This document shows positions 1 through 13,559 of a stretch of 64,000 bases of DNA, one piece after another. The translations under genes were made by a program, and so were the position numbers. Source of the stretch: Dicyema japonicum (taxonomy: Eukaryota; Animalia; Dicyemida). The stretch covers positions 617,313 to 681,312 of the forward strand of contig RDEW01000021.1 of NCBI GenBank assembly GCA_011109175.1. Reading direction: 5' to 3'. Positions within the stretch are counted from its first letter, which is position 1; each line of letters starts with the position of its first letter. Below the pieces are notes generated by a model. It made no database searches, had not been told where the DNA came from, and saw only the letters and a list, made by a program, of their open reading frames with translations.

Positions 1-680
1 TGGAGGGATGTCCGGCGATGTCCAAACCTTGTTTTGCACGAAGGGAAACCAAGATTAAACATTCTTTGAGTAATAGCTGGCCACTCGAATGGTCAGGAAA
101 AGGAATGATTTACCATATAGTACAAGCACTTTGTTAGGACGACGGTAAACTATGCCTCCCCAAGGTTGGTCCCTTGCATTATGCCTCTCGCCTAAAAAAG
201 TTGCAGCAGGTCCAAAAGTCAGCATTGAGAGCTTTAACGGGGTGTTTGAAATTAACTCCAATGTGCACTTACACTGGGGGTCGAGATCCAAACTCTGGGT
301 GACACCTTGAAATGAAGAACATACAAATTATTCGACAATCACTTGACCCGAACCATCCAACATTTCCATTTCTTAATTCCACAAACCTTAGACACATTTG
401 GAGAACATTCACTGATATTCAAGAACACTAAAGAAATTCCCACTTTCGAAAAGACCAAACCTGAAAAAAATGTATGCATGACTTAGGATCTACACGTGCT
501 ATAAGAACCTTTGAAGAGAATAAGATACTGGAGAGCATACCTCCTAAAATTAATGTTCAGGACTGCTTCTTCCGAGGACCGTCAGAGTGAAACTTTTTCG
601 TTCACGATGTGGACATCATCCGTCTATGGTTGGGAGAAAAGTTAGGGATCTCTTTACTTTCTCTAGGTCTCCGGGACTCG
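1..680 (+). mobile_element. 3' part of a degenerate APE-type non-LTR retrotransposon (post-RT region)
   Basis: Frameshifted translation gives LYKHFVRTTVNYASP.., LKKLQQVQKSALRALTGCLKLTP and RVKLFRSRCGHHP, typical of LINE C-terminal regions; many stops. Confidence 0.65.
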
Positions 681-974
681 ACGTCAAAGTAATGTATATT
701 TGGGAGCATTTTTTAGCTGTTCCCAGTTTACTACATGTTAGCGAAACTGGTTAATAATTTGATGTGGAAAGTCCTTGGTAAAAGCAGTGTGTTTGGTTCT
801 TCTTGGTAGATCAAGCAAACGAGGGGCATCCAGAACAAAGTTGTCAATGTGACAAACTGGTGACAAGTTTATTTATTAGCTTAATAACTATTTGTCTCCA
901 CTAATTTGTATAAACTATAGAATTAACAAGTATCTATATGTTTGAGTTAATAATTTTATTGTCTTGCAATAAAT

Positions 975-3420
975 ATGAATTGGAAAATGCACGTGTCATG
1001 TGGTTCGCCGGTTCTGGTGGCGCAAGTTGTGGACCATACTTCACAATCAAAAAAGACCCACCACCATTTCCAATTCAAGAAGACTATCTTTCCTGGACAG
1101 CCCCCCAATTGGTCTGCCTCACCCAACTTGGTCGAAGCCCTGCTGATGCTCTCCGGAGATATAAACCCAAATCACGGTCCACCAAAAGCCCTCGTCCTCT
1201 TACAACTAAACATTAACGGAATAAGAGGGAAGGTCCTGGAGCTCAGAGACCTTCTGAAAAAACAGGACACAGACATTTGCCTACTTCAAGAAACAAGACT
1301 ATCTTCCTCCACTCCCTCCCCTGTCTTCCCAGGCTACAACATCATTTGACGTGACCGCCCCTCGGGTCGCGGAGGTGGAGTCATCACTCTCATCAAGAAA
1401 GAAATCCCTTTCACGGAGAGAGCACATCTCTACTTCCTCCATCCCGTTGAATACACCGGAATTTCAATTTCAACCAACTTTGGATGCCTAACAATACTGA
1501 ACCTCTACGTACCTCCTCCCGGTTCATGCCCAAAAGGGTACAGCTTCTCACTGCCAGACATCGTTTAGCCCATTAACCTATTAGTATATGGAGACCTGAA
1601 CGCGAACCATCCAATGTGGTTCAAAAACCAACCTGGAAGACGCCAGGGGAACCCACCTGCTATCGACGCTGAACCAACTTGTAATATTAAACAATCCCAG
1701 ATTCAAAACAAGAACACCCTACAGAGCAAACGACAGAACTTCCTCCCTCGCCCTGATACTTGCTTTTCCAAAAATTACCGCCCTAATCAATTGGTCAATA
1801 TCATACGACACCACCAGTGACCATAACCCCATCATCACGTTCAAAGGAAGATTGTTCATTGAAAGGAAAACAATGTTACGACCAGACTACAAAAATGTCA
1901 ACTGGAGTTTGTTCTCACTTCGTCGATTATAACTTTCATAGTTTTGACCCTAACAGCTTCAACTCTCTCAATAACGCTTTACTCTACTTCACTGGTGTAC
2001 TGCGTGAGGGTATGAGGACTTTTATCAAAAGAAAGCCAGTCCACTTCACGAAGAAGCCTTCCCGCGCACCCGACTCACTAACGAGAGAAAGAAGTTGCCT
2101 AAAAAGCCTACAGAATCAGTCTTGGAAACCAGGACAAAGATCCGAGCCTTGGAGAGAGATCAGATACAAGACTAATGTAAAACAGGAAAGAGACTGGAAT
2201 AGTCATTTTTACACATTAAACAAACAGTCCTCTTTTACAAGGATGTGGAATTCACTTTGGGGCTTTACCAACTCTTTTGGACCGCCTCCTTGCAAAGACT
2301 TAGAGAAAGATAACTTTTTAAACAAGATTATAAAATTTTACTCCTCCGTAAGCTTCATCTTACACCAGAAAACTAAGGGTCCACCCACATCCTTTACAAA
2401 ACCAAAACGCGAGGCAACCTCGAACAGCCTTTCAATGACGTAGTGCGGAAAGATATTCAAAACCAGAAATCGTCTTATGCAAGTGGTCCAGATGGAATTC
2501 CCTCGATTGTACTTAAGAAGATAGGCCCCTACACCATCTTGGCTTTGACCAGAATTTACAACCTCTCCATCAGTAGGAACTCGATTCCCACTATGGAAAT
2601 TATCCCATATTTGGCTCAACTCAAAACCTGGACGGGCGATCGACTCATCAGCTTCGTACAGACCAATATCCATTTTGTGTGCCACCTTCAAAATCCTGGA
2701 TAAACTCATTCTCGATCAGATTAAACCTTACCTCCCAGACGTATCTTTCCAACATGGATTTAATAGGCTCGTTCCACAACTACCCACCTAACTTGCCTAA
2801 CAAAATTCATCAAGGAAGACCTTCAACGCAAACCTCGGCATCAAAAGACCATTATGTGTACCATTTGACTAATACCTAGGAAACTACTCACTATGAAGAT
2901 CTATGGCTCTAACATTCCGAACAACCTGAAGATTTGACTTTTGACTTGCTAACTTCCTCAACGGACTAAGAGGAAGAGTAATCTCCCATTCGACATTTTC
3001 AATCACTAAATTTCTACCGAACGGGGTCTTCAAGGATCCCTCTCTCTCCCATTCTATTCAACCTATTCATGAGCGACATGCCTTCCTACAGCTGCGACGA
3101 TACCCCATTCCTTGCTTACACCGACGACTTAATCCTAGGAACAAAAGACCAATGCATCCACACAGCGGGTTCCCGCTTACAAGATTAACTGGATAGCCTG
3201 AACTGTTGGCTTACGAGGAACCAACTACACACAAGTCCTGAAAACTCTATGACTAACTCAGCGTCTCCATTGACTCTAAATGGAATAACAATCCCCTCCA
3301 CAAATTCAACCAAAATACTGGGGGTCACATATGACCCACTAATGACCTTCAACAAACATGTGAGCAACACTCCTCCTCGTCATTAAAACCAACCCCATAA
3401 AGACCTCTCCCACCTTCCCA
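975..3420 (+). mobile_element. Degenerate APE-RT LINE with a 2A-like motif upstream of the endonuclease
   Basis: LLMLSGDINPNHGP, then APE motifs LQLNINGI, ICLLQET, GGGV and GDLNANHPMW; RT motifs SGPDGI, SFYRPISI-like, NGV.QG, LAYTDDL and KILGVTYD; stops and frameshifts throughout. Confidence 0.9.
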
Positions 3421-4699
3421 ACTCCATGATCTATTCCACAGAAGTAATCCGAGTCCATCTCCTTCAGATATCCGTGCATTCATGTTGAAATCGACTTGCC
3501 TGTCGAGACGTTTCTAGTCACGTATTGTTGTATGATAAAACGGCCTATGAGGCATTAACTAATGGGGGTAGATCCAAAAGATGTTTTCTATTTCCGTCTT
3601 TCACCCTGTCTCTTGGGTTAATTAAACATTCAAGTCATGGAAAAAATAAGTCATGAAAACCGTATCACTTGCAAAAGATAAAGATCATGGCAATTGAAGG
3701 TCTTGTGGACTATGGAATATCTCTCTAGCGGAATATAACCTTTTGCCTCTAGGGACGTCATAAATCAATGGTTTATAAATAATCTGATGCTCTAATTTAT
3801 TATCGAATTTACAGATTCACGGGAAGTACCTGGGAGAATATAAAAAATACATAATTTTAACTATGAATTGTTTTTATATAAAATCACCTTATTTCAGTTT
3901 GACTTTGTCTTCGGGAAGATCCTAACGACATAAATTACCAAAAATCTGGAGTCATGAGTGATAATCAGAAAGCAAGTGATTTTAAATATCCAGAAATAGA
4001 AATTGCATAACTACAGCTGTGAGAACTACTTCAAGGAAACATCCACTAAAGTGGGAGTAGCAAATGATCCATTTTAATGGGATCCAAGTGTTTCCTATGA
4101 CAGTTCTATTACATGATGCCACACAGAACTAGGAAGGGAAGAAATAAAAACAATGAAATCTTCTAACGAGTATCCAGTTGGCGCAATCTCGGTCATTAAC
4201 CTCCACAGGGAGTTTCTTCTATCTCTCCAAATACAAAACTGATCTAATCCATTGGTAAATAGTAAAATAGAAGATTCCGAAAGTACAACAGACATGCATC
4301 TGCCAATTTTGAGATGGTCTGTATTGTACGAAATGTCTCTGTGCTTCATGGTAGATAAAAACATGAGCATAGTCGAGGTGATAAACTCGGAAGTAGACAA
4401 TGAAAGGAAATGTTTGATTCACAAATTATCTAGGAGATCATCTGCAAGAAGCTACACATATAGAAATCTATGAATTTTGCTAGTAGTAGTTGAGGAAACC
4501 CAAACTTGGAGAAAACCTTTTTTTGGAGGATGACCTCAATTTTGTTGAGATTTTATCATTTTAATAGTAATAATGAAATTTTTCTTTTGTAATAAACCCC
4601 CAAATGAGGAAAATTAGTGTGAATTAGAAAGGGTATGACCGGAAGTTAATTTTTGCTCCATGACAAATTTTGCTTCTGGTACTCCATTTCATAACTAGG

Positions 4700-5300
4700 T
4701 CTTCTTTGTCAAAGATGATAACAAAATCGTGACTACAGGGAGACATTTGACTTGACTAAAATCCCTTAGTCTCCGATGGCTCATCCCTAGCCGGATAGCC
4801 TGATTTCCGTATTCAAATGGGGTTGTGTCCTTGGGTTGCTATACAACCTGAACATCCGTTAAGCATCCATTCAGTGTAATGCCACACGTGGTATGTCTGA
4901 ACAATGATGTTTTGCTAAATGAGAAGATGTACAACACTATAATTGAGATCTGCATAGCACTTTCCCTCTTCTTCGAAGACCGAAAAAAACAAACTGAGTT
5001 CAACGAAATGCCTTGTGTCTTCTTCCTTCGTTGGAAAATGCCTTTTTCGTCTCGCACAATTCAAAAGAGTTCATAAAAATGATCAGGACACCTTAGTTTT
5101 TTAAAAAACCAAAAGACCACTCATAACATGACTGTTCATGTGGAGAAATCCAGATAACCCTGAAGAAAAATACAGAGATCGAGCGTGCACATTCCTGAAA
5201 GAAGTTCCGAAAAACATGTTGCCGGTCGACCATTTGAGGATAATTTCTAAATTTTTAGAAAATGGGATCACTTATGACTCCCATCCTTATCGGCGGTTTG
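4700..5300 (+). mobile_element. Highly eroded LINE RT/3' end relic
   Basis: Faint NGV/GCVLGLLYN similarity and the family terminal motif GGGATCACTTA at 5264. Confidence 0.35.
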
Positions 5301-5754
5301 GGTCTTAAGAACAAAACTGTTCAGATACAATATTGAATAGAAATGTACTAGTTAAACTATACTCTACCAGTTGCTCTAGATCCGAAAGTCCATCTCACAG
5401 TTAAGGAATGGGGTATGTTCGTAATATAGAGTTAAACAGTTAAACAGATAAATCACAAAATGGTTGATCAAGCTACTATGTTTCTTCTTAAAGTCACGCA
5501 AAAGACGATCATTTGATTGGTTTTAAATTTCATTGAGCTCAGACAGTGAAATTAATCAAATCTCATAAACACGGACCATGTTATAATCATAGCTCATTAT
5601 ACCAAATATATCCAAAAGAATGCACGCTTATATTTAAATTTCAAAAATTTTGTAAAAATAAATTATTAAATGTCATATTGTGAAATAAAAATAAAAACAT
5701 TATTGTAGTTTAACGTTCCACCAGTAAACCCAGTGATCCTGGTGTAAATATTAA

Positions 5755-5880
5755 TTCACATTCCCATTGAGAAAGTTATGATCTTCCCGTCGCTTGTGGC
5801 AACCCATGGATGATCCGATCTGTTAGACTCCTACACTCTCTTCTCAAGATTGCGATTTTTCCGAGGCTGTCTAGATCAGG
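5755..5880. repeat. Dispersed repeat, second copy at about 52280-52400
   Basis: Direct similarity of CACATT..GAAAGTTAT..CTTCCCGTC..GGATGATCCG.TCTGTTAGACT..ACTCTCTTCT.AAGATTGCGATTTTTC between both loci. Confidence 0.75.
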
Positions 5881-6099
5881 TATGTTAAGCTCAAAAAGCT
5901 AAAAGGCTACATAATTTAAGTATACAAGTAGGCAACACTAATAAACAAGAAAAACACCGTAACCTTATATAAGTGAATTTGCCTTCTAAACGGTCATATT
6001 ACGTTAACACTCCACAAATATAACAATAGTAATCAAATATTCAAGATTATCAAATCATTTTCACTTTTTAGTTTTGTCATAGAATGACTATTACAATTT

Positions 6100-6850
6100 T
6101 TCGTATATCTTAAATGTATTACCACTTCCGACATTGATAGGGATGACAACGATCATCAGACATCCTTGTTCTCTGAAAAGATTTTATTGACTTCATGAAG
6201 GAAAACAACCGTTCACACACATAGATAGAGAAGAACATTGCAATAATCCACATTGAAAAATTTCTGAAGTTTTTGAATTATCAGGAAGGTATGAATAAAA
6301 GCCAGTTATTCCCACTTATAAGTATTTTGTTCTGAGTGTAGAATCAGACTGCATTTCTAATAGGTCAATCTTCAAATTTTAACAGAATGGGTTTTGAGTT
6401 CATTGCAGTTATGAAAATGGACAAAATTTTCATGTGACTTCCATACTCTTAGTTTTTAATGAAATGCTTGACCTCGTCATACAAGTGAGTGATGAGTTTG
6501 GTTTTGTCTTGTAATTTCACTTAAATGTGCAGTAATGTCCAAGGAAAATCTGGATATAACATTCATCTGTGTTTCTGCCTTTTTTCGTCAAAAATAAAGC
6601 GATTTGTGGTATCAGGAAATAAAATCGTTTGAGCACCTTGTGAAACAACAACCAACGGACTTCTATGTAGAATGGAACATCCGTGAAATGATATTTCATG
6701 TCTTCTACCAGCTGACTGAAAAGGAACCTTCGATATAATGATGAGCGTAAAGTTTATGCGTAGGAACGTCTTCTGACCACGCAGAACACTCATGACCACT
6801 GATTTTCTCTGGTGGTATCATTATAATGACGTGAAGATATACTTTCAATG
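6100..6850 (-). mobile_element. hAT (Charlie/Buster, GTF2IRD2-like) transposase relic
   Basis: DVPFYIEVRWL..KVLKRF..IALFL, DITAHL and QDKTKLITHLYDEVK in shifting frames resemble GTF2IRD2/Buster transposases. Confidence 0.75.
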
Positions 6851-6879
6851 TCTTCGACTGTATAATAATCCTTTGTGCG

Positions 6880-7650
6880 CCCATTGATATGCACAGTATA
6901 GTTCATCTGCGTTTTCTTTTAACATGTTTAAAGTCAATGTTCATTATTAATGGCAAAATTGTTGGTGGCTTCCATCTAGAAGACCCTGAGCAGAGGAAGT
7001 ATGATTCCATAATGTCGTAAGCATGAGAGGCATGATTCATCCGTAATATGTTACCAAATAATCCCTATCGGGTCTTGGTAATAATTGTATCCAAGTGCTC
7101 AGATTTAAAGCTGTATATAAATCTTGGTTTTTGATCACCATTGGGTAGTGTATCCATAGTAGAGTCCTAAGTTATTTTCTGTGATAAGCATTAAGTTATC
7201 AACACATGTCCGAGTTAGTCCCCACGTTCCTTTGTTGTATAGCAGTATGGGTAGGAGAAAAGCATGTATATTCGTATTTTTATTGTCTTTAAACATGCAC
7301 GTATTTCATCATGTCGATTCTAGTCTCTTCAATGTTATTTTGACAACATCTATCGTCGTTGAACATCTTCCATGTCGTCAAGCAAAGACCCAACTTTTTT
7401 TGCTCTCTTTCCATATCTCATCGGTAAGTTTGCTTTCTCGTTTGATTGTAGTACATATTTCTTCGTTGAATGTCTCCCAAGTCGTCAATAATTTCTTGCG
7501 GTAAGTTTGCTTTCTCGTTTGATTGTAATGTTCAACCTCTATGGTGTAATGTTCAAGTGTTCTTACTCCCATTTTTATATCGAGTATTATGGAGTTCCTT
7601 TTATATTTTAGTACTTTCCTACTATATGCAGAAAAACTCATAACCACCAG
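6880..7650 (-). mobile_element. RTE-like LINE 3' relic
   Basis: AFLLPILLYNKGTW and LRTLLWIHYP segments parallel the C-terminus of the 18.3-21.4 kb element. Confidence 0.6.
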
Positions 7651-7765
7651 TTTTCTTAACCACCAACTTTTAAAAAATTAGTTAATTAAAATTTATTTTA
7701 AAAAGTTATAATTATTTTATAACATAAATTTATTTACATTATTATTAAGTTAAGGTACAGTCATT

Positions 7766-8070
7766 AGCGGCGTGGCGCCATATGGTGCTGCGTGGTTAAT
7801 CGGTTAAAGTATTCTGCTTGCTTGTCTCTTCCTAATAGAGTGGCGTCATGTGATCCATCTGTCTAGGTGACGCCCAGTGCCAGGCCGGCACGAAAAATGA
7901 TCATTTGCTCTTCTCCACTACACTGGAGGGGTTTCCACAACTGCATGTAATGGACGTCTTACCTTTTATGCTAATTCCGGATGGACTCTGTAAAAGTGGA
8001 AACTGGATACACTTAATTAGTTGTTTACTTTAACTTCTTTCTCGGTATATCCGGGGTTAATAAATAAATA
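7766..8070 (+). mobile_element. SINE (tRNA-like head partly deleted, shared core, LINE-derived tail)
   Basis: A-box-like TGGCGCCATATGG; core TGGCGTCATGTGATCC..GCCAGGCCGGCA; tail GTGGAAACTGG..CACTTAATTAG..GTATATCCGGGGTTAATAAATAAATA; related copies elsewhere in the window. Confidence 0.7.
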
Positions 8071-8703
8071 AGTTAAGGTACAAGATTTAAGACTCCAATG
8101 AAATTCTCATCTCTACGATGTGTTATCACTTTTGCGTTCCAATCTAATGAAAGGAAAGTGGGGGAAAGCATTATATCTCTCATAAGCGAGATTCGAGTAA
8201 AAAATTTCAATTTCTTTAGGACATTTCAGTGCTATATTTATTGTCTGTGATTATGCGTTGATAATTGTCAAAGGTGTTTTCCCCGTCATTAATTGTAATA
8301 CTGCTATCACTGACTCTCTAGCACTTATGAATCGAGTTAACATATCGTTTATGGACCCCAACTCTTCTCCATAATATCGGCAGTCTGGTTTAAGTAAAAT
8401 TATCTTATATGTTCCCACTTTTGTAATTAGTTGTATGTTCCACGTCGTTATTCATTACATTGCCTGTGGTACGTTGAAATCCCGTCATACATGGCCATTC
8501 GCTCACTTTGTCCACATTGAATGATTAAGTGTAAATCTTTAAAGGGCAAACCAGCGTATATCCTCAACGATTATCTATCGAAAATATAAAAATGGTTAAT
8601 TTCGGGAAATCTGGAAACTCTTTAAGAATCGCAAGATTGACTTTCCCTCTGCACAAGAATCCACATGAAGTAAATTTAAATAGATTAATATTTTAAAGTT
8701 AAA

Positions 8704-10356
8704 TTATGAGTGAGATTCCCCTTTATCTTCCTCTGCCGATAAAGTGATCGCGGCAATAAACAATTGAATTTTATCTTCAATAAAATTTAACAAAACTGGT
8801 GGCTCTTTTAATTTTTTTTAATATGTGTCGATATCTTAAAAAGATATTAATTGGAATAGCAGTCAACGTAATCACAATCCCCATTCCTGCAAGAACCGGC
8901 TAACATGTAACCTGCTTCGTAGGCAGACACAATTATGGTAACCACAACGAGACAGGAAACTAAAATTATGAATACTATTGGAATTGCTAGAGGCACCAAA
9001 ATAAGTACTAAATTACTTTAATGAGTCTGAGTGCATCAGGTCTGACCTTCGTGAAGTACAACAGTGCAGCAGCAGAAGCAATGGTGGCAATCCAGTTCAT
9101 TATTCCCGTGTAGTTCAATAGCGGCACAATGTTATCAAAGAACGTGTAAAACATTGTAAGTAATCCCTAAAGTGAATTCAGCATCATTACACATATTAAC
9201 ACGGCAACGAAGGGAGTTTTGAATTTAATACTGATTGTATTCACCACTGCTGGCATTTGATTATGTCTGGCAGCAACGAAAAATAACTTTAAACTGTGAA
9301 ATTCTTGGCACACCGAGAATATCCATAAAATTGGCCATTCAAAGCTCCAAATGTAGAACAGGAGACTCCAACTGACAGGAAATATTTGTAAATGACATGG
9401 ATTCTGTCGCCAAAAGTCTAAATTCAAGGATTTGGAAATACTAAGGCTATGGTTTCAGATTGAACTATTTCGTCAAATGTGAGGACTGCATAATATGAAA
9501 TAACGGTAAAGGCGTAAATTATTATGCAAAATGAAATTGAAAAAATAATCGCGATTGGCATATCTCTGATTTTATAAAAGGCAAACCTCTTCAAATTTTT
9601 CATTTCTTCTGAAACCGTGTTTAAATATTGCCTAAAGTAAGAATAACAAAACCATCCGTGGTAGGCAAACAAGCCGCCATAGTGGGCTAAAGCTATCTGT
9701 CCCATGTTGCCTGTGATACCTTGAACTCCCTTTTTGAGAGTGCTGAAGTGATTTCATTATTTATAATTCCAAGTTATTTTTTATTAGGAAATAAATTCCG
9801 GTGCAGATCAAAGATAGAAGAGCGAGAATTTTTATGATGCTGAAAGCAATCTGGACGAAAATAGAGACCCGGATGCTAAGGCAATTGATTGTTGTAACGA
9901 CAACTGAAAATATTAAGAGCATATAGATATGCAAAGGTTAGCCAACAAAATCACAACAACTGAATTGGGAGAACAGACTGGATAGATTGGTTTGAGCAAA
10001 TAAACGGAAAAGGTAATGGCTATAATAGCCGAAATTGCTGGCCTGATGACGATAAGTTCTGCCCAAATTCCCATAAAGGATGCAAAGGAACCAAAAGCTT
10101 TCATAGCGTAAACGCAATCTCCACCAGAACTAGCGATCATAGCCCCTAGTTCAGCGTAGCAGAAGGTTCCCATCATGGAAATCAATCCGGAGTTGACACA
10201 GATAATTATTGAGAGACCAATACTGTTGGTCTGTATCAGCATACTCGCTGAGCTAATAAAAATGCCAGATCCAATAATTGACCATACAATTATGGCTATA
10301 GAAGGGAACAGTGTCAGATTCATCTCCAACTGGTTTCCACTTTCTAGACTTGGCAT
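8704..10356 (-). CDS. SLC7 / L-type (LAT, y+LAT) amino-acid transporter light chain, about 474 aa, 10 micro-introns; possibly a young pseudogene
   Basis: IIGSGIFIS, CYAELG, GLFAYHGW, LNTVSEEMKN and FVAAR..QMP motifs; exons stay in frame after removing 20-26 nt introns, but 3-4 splice sites are non-canonical and several conserved residues are substituted. Confidence 0.85.
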
Positions 10357-10439
10357 TCAAAATATCTGATTAATTTTATTTTATTTCCATTTAGGTTTAT
10401 GAATATAATATTTATTATTAAATAATAATAATATTTCTT

Positions 10440-10690
10440 TTTTAGTGCCTTCAACATCACGGAACGCTGGATTTCTGGTTTTCAATGTCTTTTGAAGCCA
10501 TGATACGAATGAATCATGGAACGCGCCGTCTTGACTGCGAAGATCCAATCATTTGGTTGATACGTGCTTGTGTGGGGTCGAAGGAGGAACATTGGGCAAA
10601 AATGAGGTCCCTGCTAGAACGTGATGGGAGCACGTGATAAGTTAGTTCGTGTAACCATGGTCTCGGTCGTTGTTGTTACTATGATATTGA
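10440..10690 (+). mobile_element. LINE 3' terminal fragment
   Basis: KEEHWAKMRSLLERDGST* followed by TAAGTTAG; homologous to 47600-47850 (KDEQMAKMRSLSKRIGIT*). Confidence 0.6.
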
Positions 10691-12239
10691 GGTGAGGTGA
10701 GAGATAACAAGAAACTGGTTTTCAAATTAGAAAAAATAGAAATTTTGATTTTTATATTAATGAGATTTCGGAGATTAATTCGAAATTAGGGACCACGAGA
10801 GCAATTCGGGAGGTTAAAAAATCTAATTTTGAATTTCATAAAGTCAATGATTGTTTGAGATCTAATCTATGTAATTATACAGTGAACAATAGTTTAGTTA
10901 TTGGGGAAATAATACGTATGGCTAACCACCGAATTCTACTCATAAAGTCTCCCCAATAAACCTATCAAAAACAGGGTGATCTTTGAAAAATAAGTTATAG
11001 ATAATTTATTGCGGTTTTGAAACTTCTAATAAGATTTTCGATAGATCCGCCAATCTTCAATATTTTTTCTTCAAACAATAAGATTTATCTCGTAAGAAAG
11101 CTTTTGATCAAAATTACCCGTTTTCTCGATTCTTTTTAAAGTTGAATATCCCTTTTTGAGTTGTACCATCCTTTTATTTATATAACCCGGAAGTATTAAG
11201 ATTTTCGATAGATCCGCCAATCTTAAATATTTTTCCTTCAAACAATAAGATTTATCTCGTAAGAAAGCTTTTGATCAAAATTACCCGTTTTCTCGATTCT
11301 TTTTAAAGTTGAATATCCCTTTTTGAGTTGTACCATCCTTTTATTTATATAACCCGGAAGTATTTTCGAGTTGAAGACATAAACAAATTTCTCTGGCAAG
11401 CTTTTTTCTTGCATGTTCCATAAAATTACCTCCCTCGTCAATTAGGAGGTCAAAGTATTTCCTAGTCTTTTTCCGGTGTCTTGTTACGCGTTTTTTAGGT
11501 TAGCCAGTCTCTGGCTTAAGTTATCCTCACTTGACCAGACGTATCATATGCGACTGAGAGAAAGTTATCTTTGCCCTTCTCTTAGATCTAATCCATGAAT
11601 GTCTTCAACCGTTTCCCATATATATGTATGGACCCAAGTCTCAATAAAAATATATTCATATGGTTAGTATGCCGTTGATGTTAACTGAACCTCGATCCCT
11701 TACACCACTCTTAGATCTAATCCATGAATGTCTTCAACCGTTTCCCATATATATGTATGGACCCAAGTCTCAATAAAAATATATTCATATGGTTAGTATG
11801 CCGTTGATGTTAACTGAACCTCGAAATTTACAAATATGATTAAAAATTTATTAAACCTCCAAAGTGTCATGAATTAGTATCACATGACAGAGCGTATTTT
11901 CTCGCATAATTTGTATGGAAAAACGCTCGATTAGCCATTCTTTTTGTTATTAACAATCCGAAGACATATAAAAAAGCGATTTGGTCCTAGAATCCCCTAG
12001 GTCACATGACAGAGCGTATTTTCTCGCATAATTTGTATGGAAAAACGCTCGATTAGCCATTCTTTTTGTTATTAACAATCCGAAGACATATAAAAAAGCG
12101 ATTTGGTCCTAGAATCCCCAAAGTATCGGAAAATCCATTAATCCTGGGGAAATAAATAAATCCACCTGAAAAAGGTTAGTTAGCTTGCTGTCAGGTGCTT
12201 CACCTTACTGGTGGTGTTAAGTGTCAAAAGATATAGAAA

Positions 12240-13250
12240 AGAATTATTTCCCTCCTTCATCCAGTTGACTCGAGTGACTGAATGGTTTTATAATTTGAAT
12301 ATGATGCTCTACTGGATACTCATGCATTCCGGATAAATAACGCCAAACCTATGACCAAAATCACTTGTTATTATGCAAACTGATGATAACGCTATAAAAG
12401 CAGTATAAACCATACTCGAACTAGGAAATCTTTTGTCTAAAGACAATTCCCGATATCCAGGAGTTAAACTTTCTACAAAAAGTGCAACACCATTTGTTGG
12501 ATAAGATCTTTTCAGAAAAGACCAACTTAAACAAATAGTGGTTTAGTTACCATCATTAAAAATAGTTGGACCTACGGTGATGTGATCACACGTTCGGATG
12601 AACCAATTTTGCATGATTGGATGATAAAAATAACGGTTCAGATCATTTAATCAACTGATACATTCCATATCAAGATCAAGCCCGAAACACAATATCCTCG
12701 AACTGAATAAACTAAAAGAATTTTAAAACATTATAATGTGTGAAGATCTCAACACCAAACACCCCCAATCGCTGAATACATCTTCTCTTCCACAGTGATC
12801 ACAACACAGGAACAAAGTACCATTCAAGAACTATAAAAAGGCAGGACCCAACTTCTAGTTGTACATTGTGTTTTTTTCTTATGTAAAGGACGTTCTGTAA
12901 AAGGTTTCCCGGAAATACAAGATCATAAAGACAGTCAACACAATACATTTTAGAAGTGCTTCCACTTTATAAAATCAACTCTTAAACCGACAATGGAATA
13001 CGCCTGTGCTTAGTGGGTTTGATCTCTCAAACAACCATCGATATTCAACTCTTTTCCCACCCTTTTCGACCATTTGAAATAATTGGTCCGATTACCTTAT
13101 TCTATGCGTCGTTGAATCTAATCATTTCTCTCGAATAGAGGTATGTTTTCTAAACGTGCAAATTTTAAAACCGCTCTTTAAATTCTTCCAAACGAAAAAT
13201 CTCAATGGCACAGAAAAGCAGTGAGAACTATGATAGAAGATTGTTGAAAA
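12240..13250 (+). mobile_element. Eroded APE-type LINE relic
   Basis: CEDLNTKHP (GDFNAKHP-like) and LKPTMEYACA*W remnants. Confidence 0.45.
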
Positions 13251-13559
13251 TTAGTTGGCTTAACTCTTTTGTTCTTAGTGTTCTTAAGTTAAATAATATC
13301 AATCCGTCAAAATCGAATAAACTATAGAAAATCCAATCAAAGATTTATGAGAAATGATCCATAACTAGTGTTAGTCTATGTGAGCGGCTTTAGTTGGTAA
13401 AGATCCCTCTTAACTCGCTTTAGATTTCAGATCCGAGACAATAGGCAATTAATTGCTTATCTTTGAGATCTATCAAAAATTTGCCTAATTTTCTTCCTCC
13501 TACTTTTGCAGAATTTTTAAAGAGAAGATTAGGCATGGCTCCAAAACATCATTCTATGA

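Noticed and set aside
3900-4480. Short overlapping ORFs on both strands
   Set aside because: No recognisable motifs; probably an eroded repeat that could not be assigned.
7883-7890. GGCCGGCA matches the start of the genomic HDV ribozyme
   Set aside because: No downstream P1 partner or nested pseudoknot could be formed.
11031-12120. Two-copy 100-170 bp tandem repeats without n (also about 18580, 24047, 26665, 28278, 31430, 50446)
   Set aside because: Read-length scale, nearly identical and unrelated in sequence; probably gap-filling artefacts. There is no repeat-spacer structure, so they are not CRISPR. Long reads would be needed to rescue them.
13521-13542. AGAGAAGATTAGGCATGGCTCC resembles the U6 snRNA ACAGAGA/AGC region
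   Set aside because: Only about 22 nt with an insertion; flanking U6 sequence is absent.
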